A stretch of DNA of 61,838 nucleotides, the filler included, from Circinaria calcarea (Eukaryota): the NCBI GenBank assembly GCA_051942165.1. It is 2 parts of 2 records of this genome, joined end to end, with 100 filler letters (N's around TTAATTAATTAA, not from the genome) between each part and the next. Parts side by side here need not be neighbours in the genome. Positions count along the whole stretch, not along the records: positions 1 to 31,086 come from JAVECS010000042.1; positions 31,187 to 61,838 come from JAVECS010000043.1. The stretch is one strand, 5' to 3'. The notes below the pieces were generated by a model, which ran no database searches, had not been told where the DNA came from, and worked only from the letters and a program-made list of their open reading frames with translations. This document shows, one piece after another, positions 21,440 to 32,654 of this stretch. Positions within the stretch are counted from its first letter, which is position 1, and every line of letters starts with the position of its first letter. The position numbers were made by a program, and so were the translations under genes.

Positions 21440-24400
21440 TCATCGCATGGGGAGGCGAATTAAGATGGCGAGGAGATGTAGAAGCGTCCCCGATCCTGGA
21501 ATAATCCTCGCGATGCGGAGCTCGACGCTAGTCATTCCGTTGTCCTCCTTGACGAAACTCTGGCTGGCGGCGAACATGATACCCTCGAGTGGCTTATACA
21601 CCTCGTGGCCAGCCTCGATTTTCATGTGCTCAACTAGTGCCTATCAATGGATGCATAGGCCATAGGGCTGCGCTTCGTCTCACCTCCGAAGCCGAATGGG
21701 TAGTTCTTGGCATTAGGGTCGCCCAAGATGAATGGCATGACGGTCTCGTTCAGCGGGGTCAGACCGTTAAGGATGGGACGGATAGAGCGGCCCGCGGCGT
21801 CAGTAGTAATAATCTTAATAGTGAAACGGCGGTTAAACTTATCAACATCGATGCGGAACCAGTCGGTGCCGTTATTAATTTGGAATTATATCTTAGGCTC
21901 GAAGTCGCCAACGGACTCGGAAGTGCCGTCAAAGAAAAGCTGAAACGGTCAATAGCTGCCCTCAGTGAATTCGGAGCTAATAAAACGTACAACGGCTACA
22001 AAAATCGATCCAGTATGAATATCGCCACATGTATAATACTGGCTGAAGCTGACCTATCAAGCGTCAATCGATCGTTCCCATTCTGAATCAATCGAAGCAC
22101 CTTGATCCTCATAGCGGGCTGGGTGGTCGGAAAGCTCGCAAGAGCCGGGACGAGCTCCTTCGGGTCGGCCATGATACTGGACAAGGAGAGGTCCCGGGAG
22201 CTTGGCGACAACGGTATTTACGCGGGGCAGAATTATTACAGAACAGGGCCGCGAATGAGAATAAGAACTTTTTCGAAGAAACTCATCAATAAATCAACTA
22301 AATACGGGAGATAAGACTTTGATTAAATACTTCTTTCGTAGGCGTGCTCGAACGAAACGACGCTAAAGACGGCCGGATTCAAATACTTGGGAGGTTTAGT
22401 TTTCCTTTGTTATGCTCGGAGGATGTTAGGTAGGCCCGGAATAACAGTGCTTCCAGCCAATCAATACGTCGTCTGCAAGGCCACCCCCGCCTGGCTTTAT
22501 ATAGCTCCATTGTAACATCCACAACGGAGTTATGTTGTGCTAGTGGACCTAGTGTGGCCAATACGAATGCACAGTTTCTGCCAGCTTGCCCCCCGTGCTT
22601 TACAGCATCGGGCTTAGCCCATCGGTGCCGTGCTCCCGAGCATAACAAATTTCTAGCAAAAAAAAACTAAACCTCCCAACTACCTGCTTGCGTGATGCAA
22701 GAGCAGAGCTCGGCCTGATAACTCGGTGCCGTGAGACTCCGTCGACTGGGAGATTATTGCAAAGATCTAACCATATTGGTTTGGCGTCTTCTTTCAGTAA
22801 TTGTCCGCATCGCGACCCGCCTTTGCTAGCAGACAGCTCGGTGAGGGCGAATGATGAGCTCGCCGGGTGCATTTCGGGGAGGAGGTGGCCGATGCAAGCG
22901 AGACGTGGGACGTGGGAGATATTCGGCCGCTCCTCTTAGGAGTAATTGGGGGATCTTTCACTCGGAGAATTCGGTCTCGCTTGATTGACTCCGTTAGGGT
23001 GACTTCCATACACCGTTGCAGTTGGGAAGTAGTGAAGCAGGCTTAGGGTTTTGGGTTATGGAAGCCGCGGTCCGCGCTTGGCCATTTCTAAATTTGCGCC
23101 AGGGTTATTGCGACGGTTACTCCGCAAAATAAGTTTGGTATTTGCTGCTAGAAACTAGTCGACATAATATATAACGGAATCTATTACGAATTAAACAGAT
23201 GAAAATGGATATTTATTAAATTAAAACGTTAAACGTTAAATTAAGATGCCAGATTAAAATTTATTATTTTTTTAAATATTCCGAGACCAATTAGCAAGGA
23301 TTATTCGCGTTAATTACGGTAATTTAATAAGGGATTTACGCTGTGTGATAGGTTATTTATTACCATCCAAGATATGCCCCGTTTTCTCACATATAAAGGT
23401 GATGATGCGTCTTACCGGCTCTTGTATATTACGTTAAGATGTAGGACAACAAATGTCAAGTAAAGGAAAAAGTTAAATCACCAGGTCAACAGTGGCATAG
23501 GACAGCGGATGGAATACTTCGTGTGGAATGTGCATAGGCTATGCTATACTGTGTTCGCTGTGGTGTGTAGGTCCTATGGTTCGGGGAGTGCGAAACCAAG
23601 AGGAAAACTCTGCAATACACGCTACTACTAGTGCCAGTAGTGCTTGCGCCGAACCCCTATATGCCATGCCGAACACGGCCCCTATAATATGCTGCCTCCA
23701 ATGTTTAACAAAATAATAATAACTTATTTACAATCCACCGAGTTATTTATTTTCAGTTTATCTTCGTGCGATATATTCCTATCGCTTACTTGTGCAGAAG
23801 CCGTACTTCCAGGCAACCATGTGCGACTCGCTCATATCGACAACGCAAGGCCATCAAGGCAGCTGCAATACCCATAATGCAGAACGGCAATTACAATTGC
23901 GGATGGCTGGACTAAGATTCTCGCATCGGAACAGCCTTCCTTCGATTGACACTGCCAGCGAGCCATACCGGAGTCTGGTGCCAACAGCTGATAACCCAAA
24001 CCCTGCCGGTTGAGACCCTCCTGCTCCGATTGCCGAATCTGCTCTGCTGTGCAAACTTTCCCGGGTCAGGCTCCGTCACTGAAGGGTCACGAGGGGGGAA
24101 GCTCTCATAACAGATGGAAACATTGGACGATAAGAGGGGACCACCTTCCAAATATAACGGTGTCTGAGGAACTCATTTCCGCCCAGAAATAGGAGAGAGC
24201 CGGCATCAAAGAACGAGAATAGCAAACGAAAGCGGGACGTGATATATACAGAGCATCAAATCTAGATCCTATTCGGCCATAGAGAAGTAAAACCGACCTC
24301 CATGGGGAAAAGCGCAGCCGGAGGCGGCAAGAAGGAGTACTCACGGCCAAAACACATGGCATTCATGGCATTTTCCAGCGGAGAAATTATTCAGAGTATC

Positions 24401-24860
24401 AGCAGCATCGATCGCAAGGTAGGAGCAAAGGGAGACGGGGGATCCGAGACCGGCGATCCGAAGGCCGTCTTCGAGAGGGAGAGTGACAAGCTCCTCGATG
24501 AAAGTGCTTGCCTCGGATTTCTCCTCTCAGGGTTATTCAGGATTTAATTATTTGTTAGCAGCTTCCTGTGAGTTTACAGTTTGATTTTGGGAACCGGAAA
24601 AAAGGATTATCTTCGAAAATCCGAACCGCCGTAGACGCGGCCATCTCGGCCCCGCCTTATCCGCACCTCTCAGTTTCTATTATATTGATAAGCCGTAAAT
24701 TTAACGCAAATTTTTTTGTAACCACCCGCTTTAATAATAAAGTTATTAATAATTTAATTCCATCCCTAAGTCTTGACGCATGGAAATATGTATACGAAAT
24801 TAGTAGACCCCAGCAGATGGCGAACAAGGCTACATATCAAATCCATATATCGCTTAATCG
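21440..24860. other. Degenerate region with broken coding-like segments and AT-rich patches (possible RIP-eroded remnants)
   Basis: No long ORF. Minus-strand ORFs 21996..22211 and 21759..21992 share a frame split by one TAG. AT-rich patches at about 23150-23340 and 24680-24770. Confidence 0.35.
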
Positions 24861-25080
24861 ATAGATGCGGTTTTCTCGGTCCGCTTTATCCGTATCTGCC
24901 ACTTACTTCGGTATCCTTTATATCGAGCTCATCCCCTGCTCCGAGGCTACTGTTTACTGCTCCTGCTCTCGTCCTGTTCTAGTTTCTGCGTTCCTCCCTT
25001 CTCCCGCCGTCATCCAGCTACCCGTCTCAACGGCGCCCGGTCCAGGAACGATCGGTTGAGACTCGCAAATATACCTCAAG

Positions 25081-25447
25081 ATGACCACTGTCAACAGCTC
25101 CGTTGTCGGTCTGGCCGGCGAGGCCTACTTGGAGGAAAAGGAGCGTATTCCAGATGCTTCGAAGCTTGGAGTTGGCCACAGTAGTACTAGCTCTTCAGAC
25201 CCTGAGACCACGCAGGAAGAAGATGCTGCCCCAGTGAGGACCGTGGCCAGTATTAAGGTTCGGACTGGCAAAATGGAGACCTTCGAGAGCGATGTAGTAG
25301 GCTGATTGTTCTTCTAGTGGTTCTTCGCTTACTCCTCTGTAATTGCCTCTGTCCTTTTGTTCGCGCTTGACAACACCATCGTTAGTGAAATCTTTCCAGG
25401 AGGATTCGAGAGATTCTCACACTGTACAGGTTGCCGACATTTAGCCC
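25081..25447 (+). pseudogene. 5' fragment of a DHA14-type MFS efflux transporter
   Basis: The spliced product reads ...WFFAYSSVIASVLLFALDNTI|VADI*P. The family motif is LDNTIVADIQP, so TAG at 25442-25444 stands in place of CAG. Homology stops immediately afterwards. Confidence 0.8.
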
Positions 25448-25760
25448 TATAGGCGGCCTGTAGTCGACAGGCTAGCACAGCGGCCTTCAGGCCACTAAAC
25501 TCGTAACAGCTTCCCCTTGCGAGCACACCCTCATCTTCAGGCCGGAGTCGTAGCCTCCATCTTTTCAATCTCGGCCATTTTCTGGTCCACGTCGGACTGC
25601 TTGAGCTTGTTGAATCCCTGTGTAGGGGGTGGGAATTTTATCTGGGTTCGTTTGATGGGCGCCTTGCTCTTGAGAAATGGCTTTTTGAAGCCTACTCCAT
25701 GCGTTCCCTCCCAAAAATTGCCCAATAGGGTAGAAGACAACACTCGAAACTCCTCACCAC
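25447..25760 (-). mobile_element. LTR-retrotransposon scar: ORF end, polypurine tract and start of the 3' LTR
   Basis: The minus strand reads ORF stop ...GAAGATGAGGGTGTGCTCGC AAGGGGAAGC|TGTTACGAG... The purine tract (25518-25509) directly abuts TGTTAC (25508), followed by ggcctgaaggcc and ctacaggcc motifs similar to those in the repeat at 4550-4739. Confidence 0.5.
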
Positions 25761-26496
25761 GACACCAAGATCGTGAGGCTTGTCGCCCAATAGAGCAGAC
25801 ACGAGGAACTTGAGACCCTTGAGGTGGACAGGACGGCGAGCAAAGGCGTCGAGGTCCTCGACGCTCTTCCAGTAGCTGATCGAAAAGAGAGTGTTGTTCT
25901 GAGAGAATTCCGTTGGAATCATATCCGGAGTCCGGCCAAGGTCTGGACACAGTGGTCAGTGGTTTGTGCCGGCCAGTGGAGAGCCGTCTACGTGGACTCA
26001 CATCCGTTTGTGGCGCGGTTGCCTTCAGCATCTGCGTATATATCGTCTAGGTAGTTGTTGATCTTGCGGTAGGTTGGGTGAAATCGACCCAGAGGGCTGT
26101 TCACCACATGATCGTTAGATCCCCTTTCTGACCATGTAGGAGACAACAATCTGGCCTCTTCAGGCCATCTCGGCTACTTACTGGTTAGACCGAACACCGA
26201 TCAGGAACATGGCAATGGGTTTGTTGCCCATCTTTTCAGGACGGGATCCATCGTCTTCAGGGAAGAGGACCGAGTGCCTGTCCAGTGTGGCATCCTTGAG
26301 ATACGTGTTCTTCAAGACGCCGAGGAGCTGCGACACGAAGTTCAGGGCGAGGAGGCAGAAAGCAATGGCAGCTGGAACGATGACAAATTCTGACGGAGCA
26401 GTTAAGCTCACGAGAATTCTGTGCTGTAGCACCAATGGTCAACCAAGCTGGAAGGCTAAGTTCGTCTTTGACGAGATTGAAGTTGTATGCGGCCAT
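25761..26496 (-). pseudogene. DUF4188/Af470-like (ABM-type) monooxygenase, frameshifted and 3'-truncated
   Basis: FLIGVRSN|SPLG, ISYWKSVEDLDAFARRPVH and HDLGV motifs. A +1 A at about 26418 breaks the frame between GATAQ and ILVSL. The expected HE...WE.IY C-terminal block is absent after HDLGV. Confidence 0.75.
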
Positions 26497-27455
26497 TGTA
26501 GCTGTTAACCCTTGGCAGGAAATACGAAAGAAAAAACCACAAAGACAGCGAGACTATAGATAACCAAACCATATGGGATAGTCTACACTTGCATATGAAA
26601 CAATCTCTTCCAGGCATCATTCTGGAGCCACCTTCGCCGCCACGGTCCGAGATGGCGATGCATGCGCGAACGGGGAAACCGCGATACATCGTGTCAGCAT
26701 AGCGGAGGGCAGATGCGACCGAAGTCCGTTTAGCTATAAGGTCACTAGCCCTAACGGCCATTGAGCACCCGCAGGAATACGGAGCAAAAGGACCAGTGAT
26801 TAAACTCTCAGCAAATCATATAAACTGTTATATAAACTCGGCGGTCGCGGTCCGCAGAACATTCGTCATGGAGAATATTTAAAAGATCGGACTCGGGCGG
26901 CCCGGCCAATCATAATCGAGACACATTTCACGGAATCGAAAGCGGCGAAAAGCGGTGAATGCTGTAGTAATTGGATGGCGAGGAGAAGAAGGCGGGGAAT
27001 GTAATAATCGAACGCGCGATTTGCTTCATATCCTAGCCATCCCCCCGAGTATTCTTCCATACAAATCCAGAAATCCTATCTACCCATGTTTGCCGCCATA
27101 TTGCGCCTTTGCTTCCCTACTGTGAAGGAAAGAGGGTGCTCCGTTATGCTCCTTAGGCATGGGCAACGACGCTGTCGGAATCCTGAATAGCGAAAGATCA
27201 GAGGGTATATGGCATCAACTGACTGCTACAGTGCAATGCGCATGCATGTAGAATCACTAAATCAAATGCTGTATCTGTCCTGGACTGCCATGTCATGTGA
27301 GTTGGATTACTTCCCTAACCATCTGAAAAGCTGCCCTCCTTCCATGCTTGCGCCCACGCTCACGCCTGCCCCGAACCCATGCCTTTTTCAGTCCAACCAC
27401 TTCGAGCCTCACCACACTACAATGCTTCTTGTCCTCTAGCCCCGCTTCTGTGTCA

Positions 27456-29695
27456 TTATATACATTTTCTCTTTTTCCCTGGCCGTTCTACCTCGGCTAT
27501 TCTACAATCGACCTTTTTCAAAAGTGCTGTGGGAATGTGCTCGGCGTCAATGAGTTCTCTCATCGAGTTGGAGAGTATGCGTAGAGAGTTAACATGTGGA
27601 GAAATGTCGTTCTCCCGGTAGGACAGCATCCGAAAGCAAGCTTGAATCGCCATGGTAATAGGCCAAATGAAAAATAGACTAGACTGCCGGAAAGCCTCTA
27701 GTTGTTTGCCCATTAAGTGCTGGCCCAGTTGGATGGCTTCCACAATGTCGGTAGTCGCGTACTGGCACCTGACTATTACCTCAGCTGAGAGGGCGGTTGG
27801 AAGCTGCTCCTGCTCCACTTTGGTAATGGCTGGCTCGTGTAGGCAGACCTCCACAGCAGCCAGGTTCATTCGCAGTGTCAAGGAGAGAGGGTCATCAGCG
27901 TTCTGGCCAACCACATACCGGGTTAGCAATTTGCTTCGACAATCCCTGATCGATTTGTCGATACGATAATGTATTACCCAGAAGGGATATGATGGCCCTT
28001 GATGGAGCGAGGACTTGATGTGATCGAAGCAGCGACGATATAGGGAGATCATGATGATGGTACCGGCAAAGGATGACAGGTAAGTATTCTCGGGTAGCTC
28101 AGAGACCTGGTGTAGCGATGGCATATTACTGGCGTCAGTGATATTAGAAAGTTCGCCATGGCAGGGAAGTGGGACAGAAATCTTCACGCTGTTAGAACTC
28201 GAGACGTATCAGATAGCTGTGGTGCTTACCTGCGGTGCGTCAATGGCTGGGACTGAATTGGTCCTAATACCTGCAAAGGCGTCAAAGACGTAAAGCAACC
28301 AGAAGGTGCGATACCTCTCTTCCAGTTCCGCAGGATTCGATGCGATAGGAAGAGGCACACGCAAGCCCGAGTCTTCGGCCGTGGCGGGACTGTCATCGAT
28401 CCTATCCAAGTCCATCATCTTGCCTAATCTGATGGCTCGTCCGAGGGTCATCCAAGCCCGGGCGAAGTTTGTTCGTTTAAATTCGTAAAAGGTGAGCAAC
28501 ACACACGTTTGCAGGGTGTTGATGTTGATAAGAGTTGAGCCATCCTCTTGCCTTTCGCACACATCGAGGAGAATCCGGGCCTGGTTGTAGCAATTTTCGT
28601 GGACATAGGCAAATTCAGGCATCGCAAGGGCTCCTAAAGCTCCGAGAGCATGAGAGAGAGCCTGTACTTCGATTGTACATGACGCTTGTGCCATCTCTGC
28701 CTGGAAACGAGACTGGTTGACGATTGGCATCACAGGATAAAAGACGTCAAAGAAGCTAGCATGGCTGCTGTAGTCAGTCTTATGCTCAAGGAAACCAAAA
28801 AAAAAAAAAGTCACGTACAGCCTTGAAAACAGGCCAGCTGAGATTGTCGATACAGTCTCACTTCTGGAGTCGCTGTGTGATGAAGACGAAGGCTCGTGGG
28901 ATATAGAATTGATATCAAGAAGATTATTCTCCTCTAGCAAAGATTTTGCCACCGAGAAGTCGGTGGGCATGGTAGGTGCCATGACATCGAACTGGAGGGC
29001 AGAGGTGTCAGATAGCAGTTGGTTGAACCTAAAGACAAGTCAAACGGAGAATTATCAAGGCTACCAATCATCTGACCATTCATTATTGCTCTGCTGGATC
29101 GTTGCATCCCCAACGCTGGTATTAAGCCCCTCAACAGGCAGGTTCCAGTTCATGTGCAAATCCTGCATCTGGGTTGGGTTGAATTGCGGTGCAGAAACAG
29201 CCTCCGCTGAGGTCGTGACTGGTGTAACGCTTTGATCAGGCCATGGATGGGTGAACTGATGCATGTTGATCATTGGCGAGCTTAAAGCTAGCCGAGCTTC
29301 TGCTTGTGCTGTGTACTCGGATTAGCGAGCAATATATCGAGCTAGATGAGCTTAGAACTCACCCAGCCGACTGTGCAGGGTCATTATGAGTTGAGGCCAG
29401 TCCATCTTTGAAGCTGCTTGCTTTGAAGGACTAGAATAATTGCAACTGTGGCCCAGTCTGGCACACCTGCCGCACGTTGGATGCTGTCTATCGCAGCGTA
29501 CCTTGCGTTCCCGGCAGGCGTTACACGCAAGACGCTTGAGGGGATTGTTGGTTGAAGCTCAGCAGAACGCTCCTTGTCCCCATCGCTGCTGCCGACTTGA
29601 GTCTTTGAAGCCCTTGGGGCAGCCGCATGGGCAACAGGAGACTTGTTCTCTGGCTGCCGATGCGCCCCAGCCAGAAACTCAGAAGCCAGGTTCAT
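27456..29695 (-). pseudogene. Zn2Cys6 + fungal-specific transcription-factor domain regulator with a frameshift just before the zinc cluster
   Basis: Hand translation of about 29550-29435 gives KRLACNACRERKVRCDRQHPTCGRCARLGHSCNY, but that frame has a TGA just upstream and the ATG-containing frame (MNLASEF...) differs. Downstream exons carry RAWMTLGRAIRLG and EERYRTFWLLYVFD and look intact. Confidence 0.75.
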
Positions 29696-30923
29696 GTTGT
29701 CCCAGAAAGATGTGATGCAGTCGGGTGGATTTCTGATCGAGATCGAATCCTCTCTGCATGGGAAAGAGATGCAGAGCAAGAAAATGCGGCCATGTAGCTA
29801 CAAAAGCGATGTGAGCAGTACAACGATAAACGAGCATGCTGACCCAGTATGGGACCGTGCCGTTTTCAGCTTATGCAGGGCCGGGCCAATGGGTAGGACT
29901 GGGCAATGAGGATGGAAATGGTCGCGATGGATCAGGAAAAGCGACTACCAATCTATCAAGATGGATCAGCAACCAGTTCCTCGCAAGCTGCTCGAAAACC
30001 TGGCCGCATTCATGAAGACTTAGAATAGGATACCTCTAGAAAAGATGGCTTTGAATAAGCATAATTCCGTCAATGGGGGGTATCTCAATATAGAACATCT
30101 GCCCTACTGTGGTAGATCTTTAGCGTAATCAGACTTATCTAGGAAAATGTCGTTAGTCCCGCGCTAGTGAATCACTGCCAATCCGGCTAGCTAGCCCTAT
30201 GAGCAGTATACAATACGGCTAGCTAGCTATATTAGGTAGTGATTCACCAACACCAATTTCCCATCCGACCATAATAGATAAACATCCGTAGGACTTACAA
30301 GGGCCATCCCTAACGGTACCTCACACCTCAAACAACCGCCAAAAGTAAAATTCCTCGTTTGGTAATATTCCCCGCCCTGAAAGCTTAGTGGTTGAGGGGT
30401 AACTATCGCAATGCAACAGCTTTTACTGGTAATGGTCATTATTATAAAAGGTCACATCGTGGAAAGCCGCAGTACCATAAGCCACACGATAGTGATGTCG
30501 CGCCAATGCCCTTGCGCCAGTGACCTTATTATAGTGAACTTAGCCCACTAATCTCAGGCCAGTAAATTCATCCCAGGTTAAATACTTTAGACCAATACCC
30601 CCTCTAACAATAACATACTCGTTAGGGTACCCTCTGAAATTTGTGGGGGTGAGGTGTAAAATTGCAACTGGGGGTGTAAATTTGCATATTCCAAACTTTC
30701 GGGGTATAAAGTTTTATATTTCCGAGGTGTTTACCCCGCTTTTTTTTAAAAAAAAACCCCCAACTCTCCACATTTTTACCAACTGCGCACAATCCCCTCC
30801 CCCATCCCAAAAAGCTGCATATCAAACACCTCCATTGCAGTAAATCCTATTTGCAACCCAAAACTATACGACTCCTCCATCCCTCCTCGCACAAAACAAG
30901 CCTCTCCTCCAGTCCTCGTAAAA

Positions 30924-31255
30924 ATGGCAGACACCGACCCCAAAGAGCAGGCCCCGGAGCAGCCCTCGGAGGAGCAGTCCGAGCAAAAACCTCTACCAGA
31001 GTGGAATCTCTCGAAGCAAGAAGCCCCAGGAGGTACGTTCCCCCACCATACCTTTCTATCTCCTCTCCCTCCCCTTTCAATACCCCNNNNNNNNNNNNNN
31101 NNNNNNNNNNNNNNNNNNNNNNNNNNNNNNTTAATTAATTAANNNNNNNNNNNNNNNNNNNNNNNNNNNNNNNNNNNNNNNNNNNNCCCCCCCCCCTGGC
31201 AGGCCCTTCCGATTGGTCGAGCATCCTCCCGAAACGGAACTTGGTCCAGTTCTGA
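30924..31255 (+). CDS. Putative two-exon micro-protein (53 aa) whose intron spans the assembly gap
   Basis: An AAAATGG start context, a GTACGT donor at 31033 and a CAG acceptor at 31202 join in phase: MADTDPKEQAPEQPSEEQSEQKPLPEWNLSKQEAPGGPSDWSSILPKRNLVQF*. Confidence 0.45.
31087..31186. other. Assembly gap with artificial six-frame stop linker
   Basis: 44 N + TTAATTAATTAA + 44 N = 100 nt, flanked by C-runs on both sides. Confidence 0.95.
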
Positions 31256-32072
31256 AAGTGGCCTCTCATTGTTCATTCGTTCGTTCCATTGTCACGACTC
31301 CCCCCATTCACCAGTAGCACATTCGTCACTCAGCATCTCCCACCCCTTGGCTCTTGGCTCGTCAATTCCCGTCTTTGTTGACAGGCCTTCCACAACGACA
31401 CCATCGTTGCCGGTCCCCTTCAATCCTTCGTAAGGCTGACCCGTACGCCGTCGACAGCGCGAAGGACTCTCTCCCGTCTCGATTCTGGTCCATGACAAAT
31501 CGTCCTATCGCTTTTCCCATTCGAGAATCCACGGTGGCAGTGGTAGGAACGGCCCTTCGTGTGACGCTGCACTAGGAACGCTCTATTGACGAGACGCTGG
31601 ACGTCTCTGCATGTTGGGCCTTCGTTCAAAGGCTTACTTTCTCAAGAACCTTCGCCCACCAACCGCCCAGGCGCTATCCGACGACCTCCCACATCCTCTC
31701 CGTCAACACGAGTATATGCCCAGCGTCGTTGCAGCCAGGCCTCCTCCCCTCCGACATCCTCCATCAAACTCGACAAGTCCTGCTCTTAAGCTGAGGATCT
31801 AGTAGGAAGAAGCTGCGTGTATGAGACAGCCTGTTGTCAAGCTTGACCTTTTGTAAGTCCCTTGGGTTTCTCATATACCCTTCATAGACAACTCAGGCAT
31901 GGAAATCCCAAGAATGAAGGGTGCTGGCGGGCTACTCTGCATACTCGAAGCCCTATGTGCAGCTTTCCCAGACTGTGTCGCAGAGTCATTCAAGTTATTG
32001 AAGACTGATAACGACTGTTGGGCCCTGCTAATTAACTGGGATATCATTAGAGACCCCGGCATCTTCCCCCCC

Positions 32073-32116
32073 CTCCTCCTCCTCCTCCTCCTGCTCCTGC
32101 TGCTGCTGCTGCTGCT
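32073..32116. repeat. Compound (CTC)n(CTG)n microsatellite
   Basis: Directly visible. Confidence 0.9.
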
Positions 32117-32654
32117 CCCAGTACTATTTGAAAGTTTGTACACGGACCCTTGTATCTTGGAACTGTGGCTATAGAGATCTTTCTCCATTAGACCGTTTCA
32201 GGAGTAAGTTGGGAGAACAGGTGCCAGTACTAAGAGGCCTGTCATTCTGTATCTGCGGCCTTCAGAAAACACGGAAACTGGACCTGACATTGAGCTTGTT
32301 TCTGCCGCCGTCTTTTGGGCTGTTAGACCTCGGTTCGGACTGAAGCGACTTGATACATGGACTTTACTGCATTCGTCAGTGATATACATTTACCGATTAC
32401 TAACGGTACCGATATAAGGCTTTCTTGAGCTTCTTTTCTTAAGGCCTTGTGGAACAAAGTGTCTCAAGTCATAGGTGTCAATAGGTTGGACAAGAGCATC
32501 GATCTTCGTGGCATTCGAGGCTGCGACTGTAACGTTACGTGAAGGCTGTTGTAGGGAAGGTGGAAGAAGAGTCCATGCTTGCTTGTTGAAACGGCTAGGC
32601 TGTTATTCACGGAAGAGTCTTAACGCGTGACGATAGCACGGAGCAATTTCAGCA

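Noticed and set aside
30183..30230. Repeated GGCTAGCTAGC palindromes
   Set aside because: Too short and simple to distinguish from chance or CTAG slippage.
31131..31142. Perfect palindrome TTAATTAATTAA
   Set aside because: It is embedded symmetrically in N-runs, so it is an artificial six-frame stop linker and not biology.
31871..32188. ORFs with poly-Leu or poly-Ser/Arg tracts
   Set aside because: They arise from the (CTC)/(CTG) microsatellite and have no other coding evidence.
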